DNA of 64,000 nucleotides from Octopus sinensis (GCF_006345805.1 NW_021833030.1:1-64000); one strand, 5' to 3'; shown: positions 12,369 to 25,231, numbered from the stretch's first letter. Made by a program: numbers and translations. The notes: a model not told the origin generated them from the sequence alone.

Positions 12369-12591
12369 AATGAGAAAAAGAAGAAAAGAGGAAGTAGAGG
12401 AAGGTGAAGAAGAAGATGAAGAAAGTGAAGAAGAAGAAGAAGAAAAGAAGAAAAAGAAGGTGAAGAAAAGAAGGAGAAAAGAAGAGGAAGAAGAAGATGA
12501 AGAAGAAGAGGAAGAAGATGAAGGAGAGGAAGAAGATGAAGAAGAGGAAGAAGGTGCAGAAGAGTAAGAAAAGTAGTAGTAGTAGTAGTAA

Positions 12592-12632
<41 letters not shown>

Positions 12633-12870
12633 GTAGTAGTAGTAGAACAACAACAATAACAACAACAGCGTCAACAACCACAACAACAACAATAATGGCA
12701 ACGGGCAGCATCAGTAATGAAGAATGTACGAGTGTAACCGAGATATGACATCATCATCAACATTACCATCATCCGCCCCCACCTCATCCTCATCATCATC
12801 ATAATCATCAGCATCATGATCATTAGTAGTAACATCACCATCATCAGTACTATTGTCGTCATCACGTCAT
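12291..12870. repeat. Compound trinucleotide tract (AGT)/(GAA)/(AGT)/(AAC)/(CAT)
   Basis: Direct inspection; source of the poly-S/K/E/L ORFs. Confidence 0.95.
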
Positions 12871-13030
12871 CACGGTAATTATCACCATCACTGTCTGAGT
12901 GGAAAGGAAAACAGGTTAATAAGAATAAAGTAGCTGAAACTGCGGTCCGATTAAGTTATATTTAAGGATAGAGAATACTTAGAGAGAGAATTGCAACATA
13001 ATGTCAATTAAATAATTTCTAGATCAGAGA

Positions 13031-13622
13031 GTTTGGCCCAGAAAGAGGTGGGATAAGGACGTAAGTGGATCATGGTAACCACTAAATGCTTAATGAGATA
13101 GAATTTCATCGTATGTAGCCTTTATAATTCTTTCTTTCTATATTTCTTTCTATCTTTATTTTACACTTTCTCTACAAATTTTCCCCCGCTTTCTTCTCCC
13201 CTCCTCATGCAAGTAGCTTGCTTACCAACCACATGGTTCCCGGTTCAGTCCCACTGCGTGGCACCTTGGACAAGTGTCTTCTACTATAGCCTCCGGCCGA
13301 CCAATGCCTTGTGATATGTGACCGCGGTTTGGCCCAGAAAGAGGTGGGATAAGGATGTAAGTGGATCATAGTAACCACTAAATGCTTAATGAGATAGAAT
13401 TTCATTGTATGTAGCCTTTATAATTCTTTCGTTCTTTATTTCTTTCTATCTTTATTTTACACTTTCTCTACAAATTTTCCCTCGCTTTCTTCTCCCCTCC
13501 TCATGCAAGTAGCTTGCTTATCAACCACATGGTTCCCCGTTCAGTCCCACAGCATGGCACCTTGGGCAAGTGTCTTCTGCTATAGCCTCCGGCCGACGAA
13601 AGCCTTGTGACATGTGACCGCG
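13031..13622 (+). repeat. Recent 296-bp tandem duplication containing a SINE B head fragment
   Basis: GTTTGGCCCAGAAAGAGG at 13031 and 13327; both units end ATGTGACCGCG (13326, 13622); few substitutions between units. Confidence 0.95.
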
Positions 13623-13683
13623 TGTGTACCGTTGGCGATTTTTTCCCTCCGTCTTCCCTTCTTTGGATCTTTCCTTTTCCTAT

Positions 13684-13718
13684 GTTTCTGACGAAGAGCT
13701 CCGCTCAAAACGTTAAAC
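13684..13718 (+). ncRNA. Minimal type-I hammerhead ribozyme motif (G12>A variant)
   Basis: GUUU-CUGACGA-A-GAGC ucc GCUC-AAAAC-GUU-AAAC: stem I GUUU/AAAC, stem II GAGC/GCUC, palindromic stem III ACGU. Confidence 0.7.
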
Positions 13719-13899
13719 CCTCCTTTCCTTCTTTCCTGAGCGTCCAATAATACTATACTTGTTCCACGTCCTCGCGTTGTTGTGTTTTCTCTTTGTGTTT
13801 TCATGTTTGGATTAACTATATATACATATTTTCAAAATGTAAAACATGTGAATTGTGACCGATTTTCTTTCTCCGTCTTCCCTTCTATTGGAGTTTCCT

Positions 13900-13934
13900 G
13901 TTTCCGAAGGAGAGCGTCTGCTCGAAACATAAAG
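13900..13934 (+). ncRNA. Degenerate hammerhead motif
   Basis: GUUU-CCGAAGG-A-GAGC gucu GCUC-GAAAC-AUA-AAG: stem II intact; three core or stem III changes. Confidence 0.55.
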
Positions 13935-14902
13935 CCATCTTTCTTTCCTTCCCTGAGTGTCTGCTAATATTTTATATGTGCCCCGACCTCGAGTTGTTGC
14001 TTTTTTGTGTTTGTTCTTTTTGGGATTTACTATATATACATATATATTACATATATATATAAATACACACACACACACATATATATATATATCTATATAA
14101 ATGTACACACACATACACACATAGATGTATATACATACATACATACTTACATATATACATACATACATACATTACATACATACATAAATGCCCAATAGCG
14201 AACGTACATTGAACAAAACAAAAGAAAAAAGACGCCATGTCAAAACTGAACGCCATTAACCCAGCAGACGACAATTGCCTTGCAAGGAGCTTTCACGCTT
14301 ATGCTATTCAAATATCAATAGAAGCTGCTTTGTTATATTGCAAACCACTAGATTACGGCTGTCGGTGTTGCTTAGGATATTTTTTTGCAGGAGTGGGTGG
14401 ACAGGGTTGATGCTTATATTTATATTAATTGCATTAACAAATAAATAAAGTATGCATCTATGATGAATAACGAAATTCATAATACATTGTTGCTGTTGTT
14501 ACTGCTACTACATGAAAAAATTAATACATTTATGTAAAGAAATATATTTTTTAATAATTAATAATCGACAGAATTTAAAGTGATTCCAAGGCCGATGCAG
14601 GAAGCTTTCGGCAGTTCAAACGTACATTACGTCTTTTTTACTCAAATGTATCATGCGAGCTCTACAAGTGTATTGAGCATTCTGTTTCTCAATTGCGTTT
14701 TGAAATGTAAATCCTTATACACACACAAATGAACACTAACTCTGTCTCTGTCTCTCTCTCTCTCTCTCTCTCACTCTCTCTCTCTCACACACACACACAC
14801 AAACACATCTGTCTATTTATATCTAGAAAGATATATATATATATTTAGGTATGCACATGCATACATAGACACATGTGTATATATATAGATATATAGATAT
14901 AT

Positions 14903-14937
<35 letters not shown>

Positions 14938-15008
14938 AAGAAAGAGATAGATAGACAGACAGAGAGGAAGAAAGAAAAAAAGAAAGAAAGAAAAAAGAAA
15001 GAAAGAAA

Positions 15009-15090
<82 letters not shown>

Positions 15091-15189
15091 GCTTCATTTT
15101 ATATGAAGTTAAATATAAAAAGTATTTAATATTAAACTGGTAACGACGAGAATCCCGAAAATTTGAAATCATGGTCTTTCCCTTCTGCA

Positions 15190-15246
15190 AACTATACAAA
15201 TATACACACATATATATGTATATATATGTATATATATATATATATA

Positions 15247-15319
<73 letters not shown>

Positions 15320-15431
15320 GTGTGTGTGTGTGTGTGTATGTATATATATATATATGTGTGTGTATATGTATATGTATATATATTATATATATAATATATA
15401 TATATATATATTGTGTGTGTGTGTGTGTGTG

Positions 15432-15462
<31 letters not shown>

Positions 15463-15483
15463 ATATGTGCATGTGTGTATATG

Positions 15484-15515
<32 letters not shown>

Positions 15516-15650
15516 TATATATATATATAATATATACAAACACATATATATATACATACATGCATACATACATAATTACATACAATCATACATACACGCA
15601 AACGCACACAGGCACACGCGCGCACACACATAAACACACATACATATATC
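15190..15650. repeat. Compound (TA)/(TG)/(CA) microsatellite
   Basis: Direct inspection. Confidence 0.95.
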
Positions 15651-16138
15651 GCCTGCTATAAAATTTGTGTCTCTGTGTGTGTATATATATCTAAAAGACA
15701 CATCTAAACATCTCCGTAGCAAAAGTCAGCGTTATAACCTTGAAATATCAAGTGAGTGGTTGTGAAGATACCTGTTTTGAAATTTTTGGCTCTACTTAGG
15801 TGTCAGACACACTGTCTCGTGCTTTCTTCTGGAAAGGTCGTTCACCAGGAGTGAAGCTGTCGACCAGTGACGTCATAAAATTACGTAACAGTAAAACGGC
15901 AACGTAAATTATAGTACCAGCTCATAATGCATATTCACGTGTTTCAAACATACGCATACGCACATATACATACATGCATGTATACATGCTTGCACATACA
16001 AAATTTCGTGTGTTTGCGCGAGTGAATGTAAGCGTGTATATATATATAGGGAGAGCTTACGCAAAAAACAAAAGACGAAGACAGGTGGTGTACAAAACAA
16101 ACAGATGTATTAGTATAACGCTCAGGAATAGAAAAAGT

Positions 16139-16174
16139 CTTTTACGTTTCGAGCCTATGCTCTTCTACAGAAAG
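16139..16174 (-). ncRNA. Minimal type-I hammerhead motif (A6>U variant)
   Basis: CUUU-CUGUAGA-A-GAGC auag GCUC-GAAAC-GUA-AAAG: stem I CUUU/AAAG covaries relative to GUUU/AAAC in the sister copies. Confidence 0.7.
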
Positions 16175-16288
16175 GGACACAGAAAAAACAAGGAGAGAAA
16201 AAAAATGTGTGTAGTGGCTAACGATCTATCATGGGGACTGGCGACTGATAAGCGTATATATACATACATATAAGCTTGTGTGTGTGTA

Positions 16289-16320
<32 letters not shown>

Positions 16321-16674
16321 TGTGTCTATGTGTGTGTATGTGTGTGTAGGTTAACGCTACTGTGATAAGAGTGATGCTAGTATGATAACAGAATGCAGGA
16401 ATCGATATCTTATCAGGCAGCGAATCTGCTCTGTAGGAGTTTTTGGAACGTTCTATCATGACATCAAAGCTGCCTCCTGCCATCTGTTGTTGTAGGTGAC
16501 AAAACTCTCGCACACCAGCAATAGATCTACTGAATTAGAAGTTGCAACTCTGGGCCAGATGTTTCTAACCATTCCAATTGCTTATGTTTGCTGTACAACT
16601 CATCCTTTCTCTCCTCTCTCTTCTCTCTTTCTTCCTCTCTCCCTCTCCACACACACACACACACACACACACAT

Positions 16675-16890
16675 ATAGTTAATCCAAAAAGGAAAAGCCG
16701 AAGAACAAACACAACAAGAAAAAACCAACAGGTGGACGTGGTACATGCAAAGTATTAGCAGACGCCTAGGGAAGGAAAGAAAGGTAGTTTTACACTTCGA
16801 GCAAAGCTCTTCGTCAGAAACAGGAGACGGAGAAAAGTCCAAGAGAGAAGAAAGACGGAGGAAAAAAATCGCCAACGATCCACATGTGCT
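16675..16890 (-). mobile_element. Third copy of the hammerhead-bearing repeat; HHR at 16787-16821
   Basis: Minus strand CGTTGGCGATTTTTTTCCTCCGTCTT...GUUU-CUGACGA-A-GAGC uuu GCUC-GAAGU-GUA-AAAC...TTTGGATTAACTATAT aligns to 13611-13830. Confidence 0.8.
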
Positions 16891-17348
16891 TACATTTTGA
16901 AATGACCGGAAGGGAATGGGTGAAGAAAAAGTTCTTTCTAAGACAGGAGAGTGTAAGAGAAGGCGGTATCTGTATGTATATGTGGGTATGGGAGTGCGGG
17001 CAAGTCTGTGTATGTGTGCGTGTGTGTGCGTATGTGTAATAGCATGTGTGTGCATGTGTATATGTGTGTTGCGTGTGGTGTTTGTGTGGTGTTGGCTGTT
17101 TATATGTGTATGTGTAAGTGAACTTTGTGTCTCTTAATGCTGTAGGAAGAAGCATAGTAACAGGAGTGGTGGTCTTTTGTGGAGTTGTGTGTGTCTTCAC
17201 ATGTGCGCAGGGGAATGGTTTTTCTTTCATGTTTAGTTATATGTAAAAACAGTTTAACAATTAACTGAAGAATTAATCAATACTTTTCAGTAGACCTTGA
17301 GCGCGTGCGCGCGCGTGTATGATCGTGTTGAAAAGATATATTTACTTG

Positions 17349-17385
<37 letters not shown>

Positions 17386-17390
17386 CTTTA

Positions 17391-17616
17391 CCCTTTCGTT
17401 ACTGTATTTATTTTGAGATGCTCTGTGTTTCTTTCAACTACTTTAAATATAACAAAGAATTTAGTAAAATAACTTAGTTATTATTAAGCTAGTGTTAGGA
17501 ACATAAATTGGGATTAAGGTTTGGTGGAAGATTTTAATTCAAAACTTATGATAACAAGATATTTGTACTCAGTGCCAGAGCCAGAGCCAGTTTCAGCCGG
17601 GTTGGTATTGAAAGGG
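17391..17616. mobile_element. Putative piggyBac-type MITE
   Basis: Imperfect TIRs CCCTTTCGTTAC / GTATTGAAAGGG (CCC...GGG termini); TTAA TSD only partly visible. Confidence 0.5.
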
Positions 17617-17789
17617 GTCGACAGTTAAGTCGTCGTCAGACTGGGATAACTTAGTAACTTGGTAAGAGTGACCGATAGAAAACGTACTATAGCTAACAAT
17701 AAGTACGGTACTGGTGTTGATTCGTTCGACTAAAACCATTCGAGGTTCTGTCCCAGGATGGCCATAGGCCTTTGACTGTGACAAGTAAA

Positions 17790-18060
17790 ACAAGTTATGA
17801 GGACATTAATACACCAATACTGGTTATCAAGCGGTTGTTGTTGTGGTAGTGATAGCGGTGGTACTAGTGGGGCAGACACATACACAAAGAAACACACACA
17901 CACGCAAACATGCACACACACACATACATGACGGGCTTCTTTCAGTTTCCGTCTACTGAAACCACTCACAAGGTTTTGGTCTTGCCCAAGACCCATGCGG
18001 TGGGACTGAACCCGGAACCATGTGGTTGGGAAACACAGTTTCTTACCACACTGTCACGCG
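17790..18060 (-). mobile_element. SINE B/C fragment (a diverged plus-strand C fragment lies at ~17640-17795)
   Basis: GACGGGCTTCTTTCAGTTTCCGTCTAC...GTGGGACTGAACCCGGAACCATGTGG. Confidence 0.8.
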
Positions 18061-18109
18061 TTTAAAGCACTGGAATCCAAATAAGGAAACTTATTATCTA
18101 CCTCCTTTC

Positions 18110-18149
<40 letters not shown>

Positions 18150-18747
18150 TATCATCATCATCATCACCACCACAACCACCACTGCAGCCACCACCACTAC
18201 CGCAGCTGCCGCCGCCGCCACTACCACAACCACCACCACAACAACAAAGCACATATATCATCTCCTTCCGGGTCATTAATAATCCCATCTTCCGGAGACA
18301 GCACGTCGTAGTAAGTATATATTAAAATTACGCGCTGATGTCCTTCAAGGTAGCCATCAAGTATATGAAACTAAAAAGATACCTGGGGGTAGCTTCAGTG
18401 TAGTAAAAGCGGCCACCCGTGTAAAAACAGTCCTCGTGTGTCTGTCTGCTCAAAAACTAATCACTATTACTACTGTTATTGTCATCATTTAATTTGTTAA
18501 ACATTTAACAACAGGCATCGCCAACAGCGACACCGTAACTACAGATTCTATTTTCCTATGTACCGTCTGCCTCTCCCCCTCTTTCTCTTTCACTTTTTCT
18601 TTCATTCTCTCCGTCGATATGTATGTGTGTGTGCTTGCGAGTGCGCATGCGTGTGTATGTGTGTGGGGTGGGTGAATTTCTTCGAATTTCTGTCTCATTT
18701 AATTGTATACGGACAATATGTGTGTGTGTGTGTATGTGTATGTGTGA

Positions 18748-18787
<40 letters not shown>

Positions 18788-18861
18788 GAGGCGGTGCTCC
18801 AGCATGGCCAGTCAAATGACTGAAACAATGTAAAATAATAAAAGACTAAAAGAATGTATAC

Positions 18862-18895
<34 letters not shown>

Positions 18896-18965
18896 GCATA
18901 CATATGTGTCTGTGTGCGTGCGGTCGTGTATGTACGTATGTATAAAGACACATACATATCTCATG

Positions 18966-19001
<36 letters not shown>

Positions 19002-19824
19002 AGAGAGAGAGAGAGAGAGAGAGAAATATATATATATATACATACATAAAAGCGGCTACCCGTGTAACATACATATAATGTACTATATAATTTCAATACA
19101 CATACATACACTCAAACATGCTTACATGTTTGTGTGTTATTGCGCGTGTTAGTGTGTGTGTGAATAATAGCACTGCCCTCTTCTTCTCTTCTTCTTCTTC
19201 TTCTTCTTCTTTTCCGTCTCCTCTCCCTTCTCCTTTCTTCTCACTCTCTCTCTGTCTCTCCATATCTGACACAACGCACTAAATACTAATAACACTAGAA
19301 ATCTGTACAGCTAAAAGAAACTGCTTAACCCCCAACAGTGAATGAAATTAAGGGTTATTTTGAAGTGACCCCTTCTCATTTATCACCACTAGAACAGGGG
19401 GAAATAATCAACTGCTTACTCTGCACACTTATCACAGCCTTTTGTTAGCTTTACTAACCACAACAATTGTCAACTAAACGGCCCCTTCATATCTCTTTCT
19501 ACCCCTATATTACACGTCACGCGGGTGGCTTTCCTTATTATTGTGTTTTTATTTGCGAGTGATGCTGAAGGAGTTAAGCTATACACACATACATATATAC
19601 CTACATGCATTCACACACAGTCACACGCGTACATACTTATATACACACGCATATATATACATGTGTATATATATATACATATATATATATATATTTATAT
19701 AAACATATATATATATATATATATATAGTGACGTATTTTTGCCATTTCAATATGGCTAACCCCTAAGGGATATTTATCATTGTTATATATATATATATAC
19801 ACACACATATATATATATATATAT

Positions 19825-19901
<77 letters not shown>

Positions 19902-20375
19902 ATATAAACTTATATACATTTATATAAATAAGGATAAGATCGACATTTAAAAATACTGATCTTATCAGGTGGCCAGCATGGGGATAAAAACCTTTCAAAG
20001 GTAATAATTATTTAAAATTATAATTTAAGGTATCTAAGAGATACCTCCACGCTGGAAATAGCAGTCAAAACTTGACTCTAAAACCACATTAAATCTTCAT
20101 ACAGTACCAGGAGAGAAGACAAAGAGACAAAATAGAATAGCAAAAAAAAAAATTACTGGATAATTCCAGATCCCTGATTTCTGACTTTGCATAAGAAAAG
20201 CTTTGCTTTCATCAGTGGAATACTCTCAGATAGCACATAAATACAAATGTATATATACACAACATACGATATACTTACATATACGAACGTATATACATAC
20301 ATATATATGCACGTATGCACCCGACCAGTTTAAATTGCCCGACATAAAACTCCTCGTGCGATATGTTCAGAATAA

Positions 20376-20749
20376 AACTTAGATAAACTTAGATATGTTT
20401 CGACCAAAGATTGGTTTAGGCCATGTCTAACTTAATAGCATCACCTAATAGGATTATCTAAGTCCTTTCTAAGTCAAGTTTTGTGGTATCATGGTCTATT
20501 CAAGCAGGGAGTTCTTGTTGAGTGAGTTGTATTCAGGTATAACTGACTTATTTGGTATCCCTTGAAGAAATTTCTCCAGATTCCGTTTAAAGGTAATGGG
20601 ACCCTTTTCCTCTTTGATCAGTTTTGGGACAATGTTAAATAGGGCAGGGCATGTCGAGGAAAAGAAGTTGTGTTGCAGTGTATTTATGCGTTGTGATCCT
20701 GAATTGAGTAGTGGACGTATGGTGGTCATAGCCTTGGATGAACCTTGAA

Positions 20750-20750
<1 letters not shown>
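20376..20750 (-). mobile_element. CR1/L2-like LINE 3' end
   Basis: [48 protein letters not shown] resembles CR1-group ORF2 C-termini; ends in a short tandem tail (ATCTAAGTTT)x2. Confidence 0.75.
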
Positions 20751-20814
<64 letters not shown>

Positions 20815-20895
20815 TATATACATATATTTATATTCATATATATATACATATGTATATATACATATATGTATATTCACATATATATACATATATTC

Positions 20896-20928
<33 letters not shown>

Positions 20929-21829
20929 ATATACATATATTCATATATATATACATATATGTATATTCACATATATATACATATATTCATATATATATAT
21001 ATATACATATATGTATATTCACATATATATACATATATGTGTGTGTATACATATATATAAAACGAAGTACGAACAAACGCACACGCACACATACACATAC
21101 AAACACAAACATACAGGGATATACACATGTAAAAACACACGAAAATACTCCTGCACATATACCCATATACATGATACATATATACATAGTTAACAACACA
21201 TCGAAACATTCAGAAATACATACGTACACACACATAGATACCATTCAGCGATGGAGTAGTCATCATCATTACTAAGGAACCTTAATTTTAAGCGAGACTA
21301 GAATTCTAGTATCATGATCTTTACCGCTGTGGGGCGGTTATTTCCCCTGTCAGTACATAGGCTTCTGCTTCTTTGCGGCTAAGAGGGTTTTTACCTCTTA
21401 TTTCCAGCAATGTAAGGGATACTCTGCACCGTCAGTTACAATTAGTGACAATTGAATTCTTCCTTTTTGGTTTTATATTGCTTATAGATGCCTTCGTTAT
21501 GACACACACACACACACACACGAACATTCGAATAAATAAACATGCACACGTAGACATCAATATGCCTGTGCTTACAAATTCACTTTCTCACACATGACGT
21601 GCCCGTACAATCAAATAGAAGCACCCCGCCACACACACACACACATACACACTCTACCAAGCATGCACCTACGCTCGACACACATGGAGCCGATGCGTGC
21701 ACTCCACAAGGTCGTTGGACAAACTAGAAATAGCAATTGAATTCCCTCATACCGCCACACTCCCAGCTGTTTTAAGTACGGATTAGATTATGTAGTACGC
21801 GTTGCGGTTAGAAAGTCTTTGATAAAATA

Positions 21830-21904
<75 letters not shown>

Positions 21905-21967
21905 TGTGTGTGTGTGTGTGTGTGTGTACATTTGGGTGTGTTAATAATGGATAGTAATATCTCGGTT

Positions 21968-22220
21968 GTGAGGGTTCATCGTATTGTGATTAGGGTATTG
22001 CACTCATTTCGAAAAATCGTGGTTTCAATTCCTAGTTCGGGTGGTGCGTTGTGTTCTTGAGCAAAACACTTCATTTCACATTGCTCTGCAACCACTCTGA
22101 CACCTGATGGTACGGTATACCGTGTATCTGTTCCGGCAACGTCGATTTGATGGAGATAATGAGCTAAGGTGCGTCACATACATTCGATCACTATAAACAA
22201 ATCGTTTGTGCAGATTGTTC
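21968..22220 (+). mobile_element. SINE head E with a different tail (U), diverged
   Basis: GTTGTGTTCTTGAGCAAAACACTTCATTTCACATTGCTC matches the head-E body of 9271-9511. Confidence 0.65.
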
Positions 22221-22269
22221 AGCAAAATATTGCAGAGCCGTCTTTCTCGGACTACCAGAGACTAACTAA

Positions 22270-22805
22270 ACAAACAAACAAACGAACGAACGAACGAACG
22301 CACAAACGCACGAACGCACGAACGAACGAACGAACAGACGAACGCACGAACGTACGAACGAACGAACAGACGAACGCACGAACGCACGAACGAACGAACC
22401 GACGATCGAACGAACGAACGAACGAACAAACGAACGCACGAACGAACGAACCGACGAACGAACGAACGAACGAACGAGCGAACAAACGAACGAACGCACG
22501 AACGCACGAACGAACGAACCGACGAACGAACGAACGAACGAACAAACGAACGCATGAACGCACGAACGAACGAACGCACGAACGATGGAAAGCACGAACG
22601 AACGAAAGCACGAACGAACGAACGAACTCACGAAAGAATGAGCGCACGAACGAACGAACGAACGAACGAACGAACGAACGAACGCACGCACGAACGCACG
22701 AACGAACGCACGAACGAACGAACGAATGAACGCACGAACGAACGCACGAACGAACGCACGAACGAACGAACGAACGAACGCACGAACGAACGAACGAACA
22801 AACGT
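22270..22805. repeat. (GAAC/GCAC)n tetranucleotide array
   Basis: About 535 bp of AACG units with recurrent GCAC and GAACCGAC variants. Confidence 0.98.
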
Positions 22806-23625
22806 ACAAAACAAAGCAAGCAAACTAATAAAACCTCGGTTAGCACTCTATGTACGTTCCGAACAATGCCGCACTAAACGAACCACTGCTAAACTTTGTT
22901 ATTGCATCATTGCATAAAGAGAATCATATGATATTTTTAAGGGAAATACGAACACAAATGAGGATGGTTGATGTAGCCAAACGTCTGAAAATTCCAGAGA
23001 CTTACTGTCGTACACTCGAAGCACTTAATGACCTTAGATCGCATCGTGGTCTACTGTTGTGATAAAATTAGAGCAAAAGTTCAATTAATTAGGGGCTAAT
23101 GTTATGATAAAAATTATAAAATAGTTCGTATTAATCAGCTTTAGTCACGAGCACACTGGCATACACGCCATTAATTCAGCTGAAAGGCATCACAAAATAG
23201 GACAGAACAGGCTATATTTGGGATGGGAATCTTGGCTGTAGCTCTTGCAAGCACATTGGTTACTTTGCAAAGGGTGTTAAGCATGGTCTCCGTTTTCTTG
23301 AGAATTTTCACGCCAAGTAATTCAAAGTAGCGCAGAATAACATATCCAGACTACCTCTCTTTACCTTGCTGCTCCGTTCTAGTTCAGTGATACCTTGCTA
23401 TGTTTCGCTGCTCTATCACCCATTCATAGATCTTCCCCTATAAAATGGCTCAAGTTTTCCGTAATCTCAGAGATGCTCTTAGTGAATAATTCATTTGCTC
23501 ATATTCTATCTGATGATACGAGCTCTACAATAAAACTTTCAATAATTTCAGATGCATCAAATATTAATTTATTTATTTATTCTATTTTTTATTTGTTTTA
23601 GTCATTTGACTGGAGCCATGCTGCA

Positions 23626-23891
23626 GCATATTCATGAAAACAAGAATTCAGAAAGAATAGAAAGCACATGGTTCCGAGTTCAGTCCCACTGCGTGGCACC
23701 TTAGGCAAGTGTGTTCTACTTTAGCCTCGGGCCGACCAAAGCCTCGTGAGAGTTGATTTGGTAGACGGAAACTGAAAGAAGCCCGTCGTATATATAAGTA
23801 GACTACACTTGCTTAAGGTGCCACGCAGTGGGACTGAACTCGGAACCATGTGTTTTCTATTCTTTCTGAATTCTTGTTTTCATGAATATGC
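23626..23891. repeat. Fold-back inverted duplication, 87-bp arms, including a truncated SINE B head
   Basis: 23626-23712 versus 23805-23891: reverse complements with 2 mismatches. Confidence 0.97.
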
Positions 23892-23948
23892 AAAGAAAAA
23901 GATTCGTTAGAGTTACCATATATATTTCAACTAACTGTCATGTCCCGT

Positions 23949-24158
23949 AATCTTTTCTACTAAAGACACAAGGCATGGATATTTTGGAGAAGAGACTAGT
24001 TGATCACATCGATCTCAGTGCGTAACTGGTACTTATTTAGTCGACCCTGAAAGGATGAAAGGCAAAGTCGACCTCGGCGGAATTTGAACTCAGAACGTAA
24101 CCGCAGACGAAATACCGCTAAGCATTTCGCCCGGCGTGCTGACGATTCTGCTCAGCTG
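23949..24158 (-). mobile_element. SINE A (tail A2)
   Basis: Matches the family consensus seen in the window. Confidence 0.9.
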
Positions 24159-24389
24159 AACACACCAAGAGAAATTATGGCATTATAGAAATGATTACGG
24201 TTTTGGAAGGATCCCACTAAAGCTAGTGTGAATTTGAACTGATTCACATTCGAAAAACTACCTGCAAAATTACACCTGCTTATGCTGGCTAACGAAATGC
24301 ATGTACTACTACGACGTGCTTGAACTGGAACCCTCGTATGTTATTCAAGAATGTTAAATGTATAGAATATGTTTACTCTTTTTACTATT

Positions 24390-24786
24390 TTTTACTCTTT
24401 TACTTCTTTCAGTCATTTGACAGTGGCCATGCTGGAGCACCGCCTTTAGTCGAGCAAATCGACACCAGGACTTATCCTTTGTAAGCCTAGTACTTATTAC
24501 TTCGGTCTATTTTTGCTGAACTGCATCGGTTGTCAAGCGATGTTGGGGGGACAAACACAGACACTCACACACATACACTCACATACATATACATATATAT
24601 ATATATACATATATATATATACGACGGAATTCTTTCAGTTTCCGTCTACCAAATCCACTCACAAGGCTTTGGTCGGCTCGAGGCTATAGTAGAAGATACT
24701 TGCCCAAGGTGCCACGCAGTAGGACTGAACCCGGAGCCATGTGGTTGGTAAGCAAGCTACTTACCACACAGCTACTCCTGCGCCTT
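24390..24786 (-). mobile_element. SINE B/C with an internal deletion
   Basis: Head, internal microsatellite and tail all present. Confidence 0.93.
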
Positions 24787-25159
24787 ATTTATTTTCATTT
24801 ATGTATTTACATGTATGTATATATTTCATCGTGTCAAACACTGTTTTTACATTTCCTCTGCGGTTGTGCACTCGTAAACCGAAAATCTCTATTCCTTGCG
24901 TGTCTCTGTTCGTTGTTGCATTAAGACAAGTTGTTACACCAACGATAATTATTCCACTAAAGTTGTTACAGTAAGGCAATATTCACGTTGCATCCGCAAA
25001 ACGATGAATTGTATTATTAGCATACACGCGCACACGCACACATGCGCTCGCTCGCGCGCGCGAAAACATTGTCGTGTACTCACGCGCACGCATGTGTGTG
25101 TACGTACATAAATATATATATATATGTGTTTGTGTAAATGTGCATTTATGCCTGCTTGT

Positions 25160-25183
25160 GTCTTGTTCTCTCACTCCCTCTCT

Positions 25184-25231
<48 letters not shown>

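Larger units (their letters stand above)
13611..14040 (+). mobile_element. Two tandem ~220-nt units of a hammerhead-bearing repeat (Penelope pLTR or retrozyme-like)
   Basis: CTCCGTCTTCCCTTCT at 13647 and 13871; each unit carries an HHR-like core; related copies at ~16035-16215 and ~16675-16890. Confidence 0.8.

Noticed and set aside
19429-19450. miR-2/miR-13-like TATCACAGCC
   Set aside because: No complementary 5' arm upstream, so no precursor hairpin.
22270-22805. Regular array as a CRISPR or coding repeat
   Set aside because: 4-bp period, no unique spacers, eukaryotic context.
22950-23062. MVDVAKRLKIPETYCR as a Tc1-like HTH
   Set aside because: Only a short resemblance; no downstream DDE motifs or TIRs.
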